A model generated the notes under the pieces. It made no database searches and was not told the origin of the DNA. It saw only the letters and a program-made list of their open reading frames with translations. From Lytechinus pictus (Eukaryota), in NCBI RefSeq assembly GCF_037042905.1, contig NC_087255.1, positions 33,170,001-33,234,000 on the forward strand: a DNA stretch of 64,000 nucleotides. Reading direction: 5' to 3'. Within the stretch, counting starts at the first letter, position 1. Each line of letters begins with the position of its first letter. A program made the translations under genes and the position numbers. Shown here piece by piece: positions 37,001 through 48,900 of this stretch.

Positions 37001-39872
37001 TGAAATGTGAAATATTTTAATTTTAACATTGTCCTGTGAGGCAATTTTGTATTCCTCCAGGAACATCTTGAATTACCATTGTTTTGACAATTTATGGTTC
37101 AGTAACTTCAGTGAAGTTGGTCCTTATTGTCAAATCTATAAAAATGGAAGTATTGTATAATTTAAAAAAAAAAAGAAATCGGGAGGAACATCAACTCGCT
37201 CATTTGCATGTCATTAATTTGTGCATAACTGTTTTGTGAAATATACTCAAAACTTTAAAATGTCAAAACTGTTTTATTTACATCCGACTTTGATGAAATT
37301 TTCAGCGCTATGCTTGTTTGATTTTTTTCTGGGCCTGACCTTTAAAATGGTGAAAAATGATGGTACAAGCAATACATTTCAAGGCAATATCATTGTACAT
37401 GTACAATCATATTGCTGTAGAAATGATGGTTTGTCTCATCTTCTAAGAAATGACGATCAGGGGCCCGTAACACAAAGCTTAGCAATGATCAGAGAACACT
37501 TTTCTACGATTGATTTCATTGACTAAAATGAACAATCGTGAAAATCAAGCGTACGATTAATCGCTATCCTTTGTGTTACGAAACCCTGGTTAGATTTTGG
37601 GGTCATAAGAACAAATCGGTAATTATTTAACTGTTTATTAAATTCTTCAAGAGGAAAGGTTAACCCTATCTTAACTGGGCTATTTCGGACCAGTATATAC
37701 TGACCCCCCCCCCCCCAGATCTCGGCCGCTGATTGCGCAATCGCCGCAAAAATTTGCAAGCACATAGAGCCGGATTTAAACTACAAGAGTGTATAGTAAT
37801 ATTTTCAATTTTTTTTAAAAAATATTTTTTATTAATTATGCAAATAAGCATATGAAATTTGCTATAAATTGGGTTTTTTGTGTATGTATTTGCCTTTAAC
37901 TCAATTTATATAGCTAGTAGAATGCTAAAAAATTTTCTAACAGATATCTACAAAAAAATAGCAAAAACATAATTAATTTCTTATGTATTTTATTGTTTTT
38001 TAAATTCTTATGTATTTCTTTGTTTTTCAAACATTTGTTTTTTTATTGTTTTTCCCGATGAACTTTGTCGAGGACCCTTTTGCGATCATAAATAGCATAA
38101 AATAAATCCATTTAAACCAACAAAACTAAAAATAATCATACATTTATGATTTTTGGTTGAAAAACACAATTTGCATTGACTTTTTACACGAAATCACGTT
38201 TTTGAGCAATTTCTGGTCTGACATGCACTTACAAAACGTTGTGTAATTTTGGAAATGCATACCCATGCGTCGCAGTCAAATTTGTACGATGGCGTAGTGA
38301 CAAAATTTGTTGAGGGGGGTCAAATTGACCCCCCCCCCCCAGTTTAACAAGGGTTAAGGCATTAATTTGGAATAATTGCTTTCAAGAAAAGCTATGATGT
38401 AGCTCAGATAAGGTGCCTAATTGCAATCATGTCATGGTTATCTTATTGGCTACAATTACAAGCTAATTTAATTTGGTTTTAGATTAAAGATTTTCAATCA
38501 AACTTCTTTCAAGTAACCCAAATTGTGAGAATATAATGGTGAATTGGACACCACTATAAATGATACCTGAAAGGGATTAGTGAAGTAACATTGTTAATAG
38601 TACTTAGACAAATTTAATTTACTTCTGATAGAATGAATGGTTAGCAGTATCCTTTCTTTGATTGTATTATTAATCTACCTCAAAGTTTAAGAGGATCTTT
38701 CAGGTATCAAGTTAAAAAGTGTCAAACAATCAAGGTTCACCTGACAGTGCCCAGCAGCAGCAGGTAGAGCAGAGGCGTGTGAAACATGGGAACGCTATTG
38801 AAAAAAAGTGTTCTGATTCCCGTAAACCTTAAGTCAATTCCGTCTCTGATGTACTTCAAGGTTCCCTTTTATGTAGCTAGAAAGATGATTTTGATTTTTT
38901 AAGTACGAACTGCCTAGAACAGTAGATTGTTTAAAAAAAAATATCTTTGTAATGAAATATTTTTTGTTGGTTTTGTGTAGATAACTGGAGTGTGAAAGCT
39001 AAGCGCAGAAAGACTACTGGTACTGGACGCATCAGGCATCTCAGGGCAGTCAACAGGAGATTCCGGTAACTTCTACTTACATGCTTTCATTAGTACTATA
39101 CAAATAATAAACATCAGGATAGTTCATTAGTGACAATTATTGCATGGAGTAATGTTCATTAGTAAGAATTATTGCATGGAGTAATGTTCATTAGTAAGAA
39201 TTATTGCAATACTACATAGGTACCTGTGGAAAAGTTATGATGCTATTGAAGTAGGCTGTTTTCCGTCCCATGACAAAAGGAAGCAACTCTGTGGATTGAG
39301 TTTCTTTATAGTAAATGAGGAAAAATGTACTATTGTTTTATGTAAAAATATATAGAGCTACTTGCTTTTGAGCCGGCTATACATTTCAGAGATTAGGGGC
39401 TAGTGACTCACATTTCCTGAACATCCTGTAGAGCATGTACAGAAAATATCCCAAATCATTAAAGAGTCAATTGTGAAAAAAAAAAACAGAGTTGCTTTCG
39501 TTTGTCACGGGAGGGCAGTGCTGTATATAGCCGACGATGTTTGTATAGTTCAGACTGGTTTTTAAGGTACCGAATCAGTAAATTCATTTAGTTTAAAAGT
39601 TGTTGGCTCACAATTCATCTTCACAATTTTTAATAAGTTTTTATTCACTCTGTAAAGATATTATCAGTATGTTTAAATTTTAAAATCTTGATTTAGTTTT
39701 AATATTTGATTTTTTTTAATATGAAATTGAAACCATCATGACAAGTTCATTGTGTACAATACTCTCTTTGGATTTAGTGCCTCAAACCTATCTGTTTCCC
39801 TTTTCATACAGCAATGGATTCCGTGAAGGCACCAAAGCCAAACCCAGAGCCCGAGGAGCAGCTTCATCTTAG
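31049..39872 (+). CDS. RPL37: 60S ribosomal protein eL37 (L37), 94 aa
   Basis: Exons 31049-31051 (ATG only), 36365-36500, 38981-39065, 39812-39872. Product [100 protein letters not shown] at 39986. The exon 1 location is less certain than exons 2-4. Confidence 0.95.
31645..32303. mobile_element. Mutator-like fold-back MITE (almost fully palindromic, ~660 bp)
   Basis: Ends taacccaggg / ccctgggtta, ~310-bp arms, perfect 9-bp TSD CCAAATATC (31636-31644, 32304-32312). Confidence 0.88.
32344..32807. mobile_element. TIR MITE (possibly Tc1/mariner-like)
   Basis: cagtacaggtgcacggcaatatgggagact / agtctcccatattggccgtgcacctctactg. No clean TSD seen. Confidence 0.65.
33364..33861. mobile_element. hAT-type MITE
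   Basis: cagggggcggattcagg / ttggattcgccactg, with TSD tgttcatg / agttcatg (7 of 8 match). Confidence 0.65.
34252..35245. mobile_element. TTAA-flanked (Kolobok-like) non-autonomous element
   Basis: ttaa|ggtgacaggtgcccta ... tagggcacctgtcacc|ttaa. Confidence 0.8.
36783..36937. mobile_element. Near-perfect palindromic MITE with central CCAAT; relatives at about 24168-24337, 35452-35609, 61853-62010, 62641-62757
   Basis: cccgtttcataaaggacttgcaactgttgtaact...agttacaacagttgcaagtcctttatgaaacggg. Family members share tttcat...atgaaac ends and sit in CWG contexts (Harbinger-like). Confidence 0.8.
37664..38353. mobile_element. piggyBac-like MITE
   Basis: ttaa|ccctatcttaactggg ... cccagtttaacaaggg|ttaa. 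Interior homologous to 40191-40958. Confidence 0.8.
38762..38924 (+). ncRNA. Candidate structured intronic RNA (snoRNA-like position) in RPL37 intron 2
   Basis: Nested complementary segments form a three-way junction, followed by ACA about 60 nt upstream of the 3' splice site. No family recognised. Confidence 0.25.
39263..39513. mobile_element. Small TIR element in RPL37 intron 3
   Basis: ccgtcccatgacaaaaggaagcaactctgt / acagagttgctttcgtttgtcacgggagg. Confidence 0.65.
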
Positions 39873-40190
39873 GATCTAATATGGCCCACTACCGGTTATC
39901 ACCAAGAACAGCAAGCAGTAGACAATATCTCTCTCTCAAAAAATGCAAAAGACTCTTCAAAGAACTATTCCCTTCGTAAGATGTGAATAAATCCTCACAG
40001 AATCACCAATTAATTGTTTCCATGTATACGTCAATATGTTGTCCATATCTAGTACAAGGGAAACTTGTGTGATGTTGAATTTATGAAATGAGTGCTGGTG
40101 ATCTGCATGTGGTTTCATCACTACTAGTTGCTTATGAAAAATCACAGACGGGTAATGGTAAAATACAACTTATGACTTGGGCCGTGTTAA

Positions 40191-40958
40191 CCCTAAATCT
40201 CCCGGGGTATTTTGATTCTTGTCATTCCCGGCGGGGCCATTATGGCCCCCCTTAAGATCTCAGCCGCAGATTGCGCGATCACAACGAAAATTTGCATGAT
40301 GGTAGAGAATGACGTAATCTACGCAGTTACATTGGTAAATTTCACTGAATTCATATATTTTTATTCTATATGAATTAATTATGCTAATTTATTCATGAAA
40401 TCAAACTTTTTGCTCTGATTCACTAAATAAAGCTCCTAGAATGCTATTTTTTGGTGAAAATATTCTTTATAGCATTCCTAACAATTGTGAATGAAAAATA
40501 TTCAGGTACCAAGACCGATTTCTTATGTATTTTACTGTTTTTTTTATTTCTTATGTATTTCCTTGTTTTTTTACTTTCTGTTTTTTTATTGTTTTTTCGA
40601 TGGAAATCGTTCCAGATTTAATTCTGATCATAAACGAGGCAAAATTAATTAAGTTTAATCAGTAAAAGTAGAAATAATGATACATTTATGAATTTTGGCT
40701 AAATACACAATTTGCACTGGATTTGTACATGAAATCACGTTTATGAGCAATTTTGGGTCTGACATGCACTTACATAATGTTGCGTAATGTCGTAACCGCG
40801 TACCCGGGCGTCACAAATTTGGCCTCAAAATTTGCGCGAGACTTGAAAGTAAAAAGTCAGTGAGCGGCGAGGTCAAAAAATTTTTACGCAGCAGATATAT
40901 CACGAAAATTGTCGAGGAGGGGGCCATTATGACCCCCCCCCCCCCGGGAGAATTAGGG
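40191..40958. mobile_element. piggyBac-like MITE
   Basis: ttaa|ccctaaatctcccgggg ... ccccgggagaattaggg|ttaa. A Kolobok-like aggggtactcca...tggagtactcct element follows immediately, to about 41232. Confidence 0.8.
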
Positions 40959-43900
40959 TTAAAGGGGTACTCCATGCTGAAAATAATATGATTTGAACAC
41001 AGAAAGAAAATTCAGACAATGAAACACTGAGAATTTGTTGATAAAAATCAGACGACAGTAATGACATTTCAAAAATTTTGCATTATTTCGGGGAAAGAGT
41101 TCTAGGCAACCTCAAAATCAATAACGTTTGTGTTTGTTATCAGATTTTGTTAAAGTTTTCAGCATTTTGCTTTGTGAAGTTAACTCTATGTAGATTAGAT
41201 GTAGATAACTATTTTCAGCCTGGAGTACTCCTTGAAAGGGGAAGTCACCCTGATGATAAGTTTGTTTTAATTTAAAAAAAACTTGGAGAAAAATATTGGT
41301 TGCTGATTTGATGGAAATCCATCAAAGAATAGTTTGGAATTTATAAAGCTTTTTTTATTTATAAAGTCATGTGTGAGCAGCTCTCCCACATATTGTTAAC
41401 TAAAAATTAAATAAATTCAAATTTTCAATGGGACACTGATCAATAAAAAATATTGTTCATGTATAGAAGTGGTACTAAATGATGTATCTGATGATATCCC
41501 CCATACAAATGAAATGTTCTTTATTTCTTTGAGAAAATTGCTTTTTCTAGAATTTTTATCACACAACATATATGGAGGAACTGCTTGAATGTTACATCAC
41601 AAAACTTAACCAAGATTTTCTCAATTTTTTTTCTGCTTTTATTAAAACCGACTTAGTGTTGGTAAATTTCCCATTTAAAAGCAGTAGAAATAAAATACAG
41701 AAAATGAGTTCCTTCACATAAATTTTTATTAAGGGAAAAATTTTAATTTCCCAATTCTTTGTGATGAAAACACATTTTAATGTTCTGAGGAGGACATCTA
41801 CAAGAAACTTGAAGGGGGAAAAAAGAGATCTCGAGCGATATTTTGGTGCTTATATCGGGCAAAAACTAATATTTTTAAAAATAATTTTCACGGCCCACTG
41901 AAAAACTGCAACATTGGATGATCATTAGACATACCAGTGAATGGGGATTTTCTAAGGCTCTTGTTTATTTTCTTGGAACTCTTTCAAGGTGTCCCAAGCC
42001 CCCATGGTATTTTTTCCCCTGATACGGTTAACTGTTTGGTTAATAGGAGGACTTGATGTTAAAGCACAAGACAGTTCATGAGAACCCTATACACTAGAAT
42101 AGAATTCAGTAAGTATGCACACTTGGGCAATGTACAAAATCCAAAATTTTACCACAGGCAAGGTAGATGATAGTGTCATCTGAATGAATTAACAGCCATG
42201 GAAATGTACATTATAGACAAGAACATCGTTGCCATATGTGTGGAAAGGAAATCAATTTGGTTGATCAGTTGGATCCTATTGTAGTGTTAGCATTTCCTGA
42301 AATTTCTGTGCTATAACGTAAAGTCTGTGGCAGGTAGATTGAATAAACATGAGAGATGATTGGCAAGAATTGACAAGAGGTATAACAGAAAAGAGAGAGA
42401 GGAGTAGCCTTTAACGAGATTGGGTGAACAAGTCATATTTGACAACCCTCTTTGGTTTTGATTGGCCCGGGGGGGGGGGGGGGGTGACTGTCTACAAGGT
42501 TGACTGAACACCATTATCAGAAACTTTCAAGAATGTACCACATACAAGTATGGTGTCTTGTTTTCCTCTGCCTCAATAATAACGTTAATGATTACACTCA
42601 TTTGTTGGGCTGTTGAAAAGAAAACACTTTCTGCCTAATTCCAGCAATTTTGATACCTTTTTCACAGCAGGAGTGTGCATTGCCCATCAGTGAAAAACAA
42701 CCCTTTTAACAAATTCTTGTGAATGAGCATGGTGTCTACCTTGTAATAAGTCCTCCCCCCAAACACCTGGGGTATCTGGTTGAGGTATACGACTCTTACT
42801 ATGGTTACTTGGAGAATGACTTCATTCATGACAGTCCCCAAATGAGAGTGTAGGTTGCAGATAGGAAGTGATTTTCCTTCCCCAATAATTTTGTTAGATT
42901 GTTTGATTAGGTGTTAATGTCAAAAAGGAGAGTAAAACCATATTGGGAAATATAGTTGATTGAAAAAAAAAGGGATGCTAATAGGAATTTAAGCAGTTCC
43001 ATCAAAATCAATTACAAAATGAGAAAGTTCTGAAAGGTCAATTTTTCTTGTCTACAGCAATCCTCAAATTGGCAATCTTGCTTCCAATGTGACGGGATAA
43101 CTGATCTGAATTATAGTGTACAGACCAGTGGAAGGAATTGGTACAGCTCTACATGTTATGTACACAAAAAATTATATTCAAATAAAAAATTTTCTGACAT
43201 CTCAAGCTCTCTCAATGTGCAGCTCGTTTCCTCAGCTCAATATATATCATGAAAAATAAATTTGACAAAACATGCATGTTTGTAAGTTCAGAAAATATAA
43301 AACAGCAAGATGACCATCTTTAGTCTAGAAACAATGGAGAAAGAGATGTCAAATTTTGTGGTCAAACATGGATTCAGATTTGTACTACATATCCTGCCAT
43401 TTTGAAGCAACTTTCATAACTTTGTCATTTTGTAACTGATTTTGATACTTCTTTGGGGGGAAAAGCTTTCCAGTTACAGATCCAGACTTCTCCAATACTG
43501 AATATCTCATGCTATAATATCCACCTGTCTGCAGGATATTGCTCCATTGACCAGCGGCAGACTGAGTAGTTCAACTTGGCCATCTTTTAAGGTCGACTTT
43601 CGATTGATTTCTCCTCTGCTTCTCTCATCAGAAACTCTAAATTGATTTACTATGGATACAATTCATTATCAGTTGCGAACTTCCAACTGGTATTTGCAAC
43701 ATCCAAACACCCCTACCCACAAAAATTGTTTTTCATAGAAAATAAGCATATACAAATTTCATCAAAATCAGAGGTTAGCAAAATACATTTTTAATTTTGT
43801 ACAACAGTTTAAATGCACCGACAGTTAATTTGCAATAAGTTGCCCACTTTTCTATTTTATAACCCAAAATATGAAATATTTCAAATTTCCCTCAATATAT

Positions 43901-45541
43901 TAATAATTCTTCAATATGTGGAATTTGTATTATCTTAACTATTTGTGATTTTAAGAGCTTTCTTTAGGTCAAATAGAAATAAAAAAAAAACCTGAATGTT
44001 CCATTTCTATATTTCATAATAAAAAAAAAGGAATATGATATAATTTGCTTTCTCATTCACATATCACCCATGTTGTGCATATAACTGTTTTGTGAGTATA
44101 TGCAAAAGTTTAAAATGTTAGAACTATTCTAAGTTTACACCCAATTTTAATATATTTTAGTATAATTTTTTTTTGGGGGGGACTCTACCTTTAAATGTAA
44201 TACTTTTGTTTTATATCCAGTTGACATATATACACAAAGACATGAAATTAAATAATTGTATTTAATGAAATTATTTTATTTCATAAAACAAAAACCCATG
44301 AATGGGTATCAATACATTACAGAATCAATATGAGGAGAATGTTGATAAGACTTGGGGGCCGAGGGAATCATATTTATGGAAATGTAATGTCATCAAGTTC
44401 ATCACAGTACCTAAAATAAATGTATACCTGCTCCGTTTTCTCTCCCGTTGTTCTCATCCAGCATGTTCTAATCTACATGACTATGTCTTCAACCAGTTTG
44501 ATTACTAACCATTTGATCTAGTCATCTAACCCATGGCATTAACTATTTTGTCTAATTTCCAGTTACATGTAGGACTACATCCATTTTGTCTAATACTCAC
44601 TTGGTCTAAAATCACTGTTTGATGTACTGCTCATGATCAAATTTTCATTGACAAAGTACAAAATAATAAATAGACAAAGTGTAAATTAGACCAACGAGGT
44701 ATTGGACCGAGTGTGTATTAGACTAAAAGTAGTATAGACCAATCAGCAATAAACAATGCTTGTGGACGAAGTGAATATAAACTTGAGTAAATGACTTAAC
44801 TTTTAAAGATACCCTACTTCAATTCTGTAATGTATTCAGCTGGTAGCAAAGTGCTGAACTTGGTGATGGTGATAGAGAATGGATCTGAAGGGGATGTAAT
44901 AGAAGAGTCGAGGTGTTTTCCCAAGATCGTAGAGCGACCTTTCATTGACAAATCATGGGGAGATCAAGGCTAATCTAAGGGATTCAAGTTGTTCACTCGG
45001 CTGCATGCCTGGAGGTTTTATGTAATAGATGCCGGCATGTCTGGGAGGTCTATAGGCGAGCAATAGTTAGTAGACCGACTAACCAGAAGTAAACTGCATG
45101 TTTTCACTTTGAATCACGTAAATTCACAGAGGTTATTTATTTTGGTTTAGCAATCAAGAGACCTGCTATGATTCTAGGAATTGGGATTGTTGGAAACTAG
45201 AACTGCAATGATCTGAAGTAAATAACCATCACGAGTCCGGTCAAATTCGTGCTTCAATTCGCATTAGTCCGATGGGCGCTCATGACGGACAGATTAATAT
45301 GCAAGTCAATTGGCCATTTGCAAATGTTGTATTGATTCAATTTCCCCATGATTTGTCAATGGCAGGGCTCTTTAAAGCAATCCCATCTAGCCCATTACTT
45401 GTCGCCAAAATTAACTTTGATTTGAAAACTGACGCTAGACACCACACAGACAACATATTGAAAGCGGACACTTGATTGTCTTTAATATCTTCATCTGAAG
45501 CTGGAGATATAACAGTTTTTGAGACGATGTGTCACCAAGAT

Positions 45542-45937
45542 GAGTGACATCTTTATAGCTTTTGCTTGTGTTCAGGTGGTAGTGGTACCCAACAACTGAA
45601 CATGTGGTCGATGTTAGTGACATCTCAACATCTTGTCTCCTACTTTGGTTCAGGCGGTAGTGGTATCCCTACAACTTGACCTGTGGTGGATAACAGTGAC
45701 ATCTCTCCATCTTGTCTCTTGCTTGGGTTCAGGTGATAGCGGTATCCCTACAACTAAACCTGTGGTCGATGACAGTGACATCTCTTCATCTTGTCTCCTG
45801 CTTGGGTTCGGGTGGTAGCGGTATCCCTACAACTCAACCTGTGGTTGCAACAGTGACATCTCTTCATCTTGTCTCCTGCTTGGGTTCGGGTGGTAGCGGT
45901 ATCCCAACTGCTGAACCTGTGGTCAATGACGGTGACT
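45542..45937 (-). repeat. ~79-bp tandem repeat (about 5 copies) built from the ARMC7 C-terminal codons and stop
   Basis: The gtgac anchor recurs at about 45544, 45617, 45696, 45775, 45853 and 45932. The unit encodes [18 protein letters not shown] on the minus strand. Confidence 0.85.
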
Positions 45938-48900
45938 CTGCCATTAGGCGTTGCTCTGGGGTACAGTAGTCCTGAAATTACAAATAAGAGGAGAAAATCC
46001 ACCATGAATTAATGTTTGAATATCTCTTTATCATGATTTCATCAAGTTAACAAATTAATGTAAAATCAAAGCTATTTGGTAATAAAGGTATATTCTATGA
46101 CATGAAAGTACTATGCCTTCTCAAACCATATACTATTGGTGGTGAGGGAAGAAGTTAGAATTCTCACCTGGAGAAAGACATTGGCTAGGTTACTCAACCT
46201 CTTGCTGCTGGACCCTGAAAACCTCTGCATACATTCAATAATTGATGGCGCTGTGATTTCTACAAGATAGATGCATGTTTAAAAATGAAGAGAGTAAATA
46301 TGACCCTAGAACCTTGAAGTTCACAAGAAGCTGTATGATCATTTATTGTTTCAAAATCAAATACAAATAAAATACAAATCTATTCAGTCACAGACCTGCC
46401 AACATTTGAATTTTGAAAATGGGGACAAGTGTCCATGTGGGCCCCTTTGAGTTTCTTTGGGCACAGCCTGACAGGGGTGTAAGGAGGAAGTGCCCCTGAA
46501 GTTCAGAAAGTTTTTTTTAAATGGCCAGTGTTAGCTTAAATTAACACATGAATATGAATATCTACAATGGCTTTCCATCAAAACACAAGCATAAAATGCA
46601 TAATGATTAATTTTTTTCAAATCAACACGCTACGGCTGATTGGCCATAGGACCTCAATAAGTTGCTTAAATAGATATAATAATATATATGTTGGCCCCAT
46701 AACCCAAAGATTAGCAATTAATTGCTAAATGAAATGGCCTATCAAGATCTTCGATGCATGCGCATTTTGCTCAGTAGACTGACTAGGATCCAATCAGAAT
46801 TGTTCTTTCAAATTAGCAATTAATCCCTAACCTCTGTGTTACGGGGCCCTTATCTATGTAAAAGAGCAGTTTTATTCTTTATCACTTGATGAAAATTACC
46901 TTGTTTAGAAGCTGGTGTCATGAGGTACATTAAGGTCGTGATGGCTGACAAAACAATCTCTTCATTCGGACTAAATGTGTAAGACAAGAAAAAGACTAGT
47001 GCAATTAAAGCTTATGAAACCTCATTCACCGTACAACCTGCTAGTATAAAAAATCTGTGCATTTCTCTTTGGATATTTAAACAATACAAAACGAAAATTT
47101 ATATGAATGAAAATGGGCAATTTTTCGTAAAACTGTTGCTATAACTATCAATTCTGATGATTTTTTTATTCCAAAGTATAAAAATGAATATAAAATAATC
47201 AACAGTTGTTGCCCATACAAGTATGAGGAACAAAGGCATATTAATCTTGAATATATAAAAGCTCTGTCCCTCTATGGGTTCAATTATGACAACTTTTTTT
47301 TATTATGGTTAGTTGAAAGGTCTAAGTTTTGCGTAATAAAGTAAACTTTACACAATTTTCTTTCTTGGGTCATATTAAAGCAGCTTACCTCGATAAACAA
47401 TCTTTTACCAGAGAAACACCATCATTTGCTAGAATATGGGCCTTATTCTCCTTATCTTGGAAAAATATCACAAATAATAAAACGAGGTTGTATAAAGAGT
47501 GATCATGACTGTGGAAGGGGTGGGGGGGGGGGTGGGTGGGTTGGGGCATGAGGGAGGAAATGTGAATTGTAAACAAGGGGTACATGTAGCATCAATGCAT
47601 GTTGCTATATTAATCAAATTTGTCAAGTGCTATTTGTAAGCAGTGCTTTCACTTATCAAAATTAATTATACTGAATTGAACAGCAAACAATTCCAGGAAT
47701 TTCCTCAAATATCCTGAGATTATTCAAATGGCCAAGAATGCCTTAATGTTTTCTTATGAGTTGTTACAGAGATAAATAATTGCTTCTAACTTTGAATGCT
47801 GTCTTTAAATTTGTGAGAAAGTCGAGCAAGCAAGAAAAAAAATACAGGCAAAGGGACCTACAGGTCTGCTTTAGTAAGAATTATGTAATGTTTTAAAATC
47901 ATCAATTTTTTTCAATTCCAGGAGTTATTTCTAAAAAAATCGAAAAAAAAAAACTCATAGAAGACAGATGTGAATATCAGCATGGCATGTAAATAGATAT
48001 ATTTGTAACTATTTGAGTTTGCTAGTTACCTAGTACAAGGTTGCAAAGTCCGCCGATACCAAACTCAACAAGCCGTTCTGATGGCTCAGTTAAGGTATCT
48101 GTATAAAATAGAAAAGGGGAAAATTATAGAAATTAATCAGAAAACTAAAATAAGAAAATATTGCTACTACAATAATCATGTATGAATGTTGAAAAATTAT
48201 CATACATTGTAAAACTAGCATATATTCTTCATTTAATCAGTGTGACAATGTATTTTCTAAAACATCCTTTCCTTCCACTCTCAAAATGGACTTCACCTGT
48301 CACAATGCGAGGTTTCATAAATAACAATAATATGGTCCATTTATATAGCGCAGCTACTATAATTGCATGAGGGTCATTCTATCTGGATTCACCCAGTGGT
48401 TGCACCCGACCGTCTCAGAATTCATTGTAATTTGGTACACATAAAATTCACCATGGCCCACGTACAAAACAAAAAAAATAAGTCCAATTGGTCCGTCGGT
48501 TCTCGCGCTACGGCCCGCCCTTTTCTCCTTGTTTTGACAAAAATGGGCGTGACCTTCAACTTTCAATGGCCACTGCGTCGTAACGTGTTGACCAATTTTC
48601 ATGAAACTGGTACCATTTATTAGGAAATTCAGAGAGGAATCCAAAACATGCATCAAATAATGTATTGGAGCGATTTATAAGGTCGTGACCTTTGACCTTT
48701 ACTTTGACCTTGAGTTTGACCCCCGGACAAATAATTTTTTAACTTGATTTTCGTGTATGTTAATTATTTGTATGATATTGACAAAATATGTTAAAACCAA
48801 TGATGATATTTTATTTCTTCACCTTTTAAAACTCTTCCAAAGATACCATGAAATTTCACTCTAGTCCCACATACTAATATTCATGTTAGTAAAGTGTTTA

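Noticed and set aside
38840-38915. Hammerhead ribozyme
   Set aside because: The core reads CUGAUGU and GAAC instead of CUGAnGA and GAAA, and there is no NUH cleavage triplet at the expected place.
43525-43636. Possible extra minus-strand exon (open frame VSDERSRGE...SCRQ between AG and GT)
   Set aside because: The donor is weak, no in-frame partner exons or homology were recognised, and ARMC7 already terminates at 45864.
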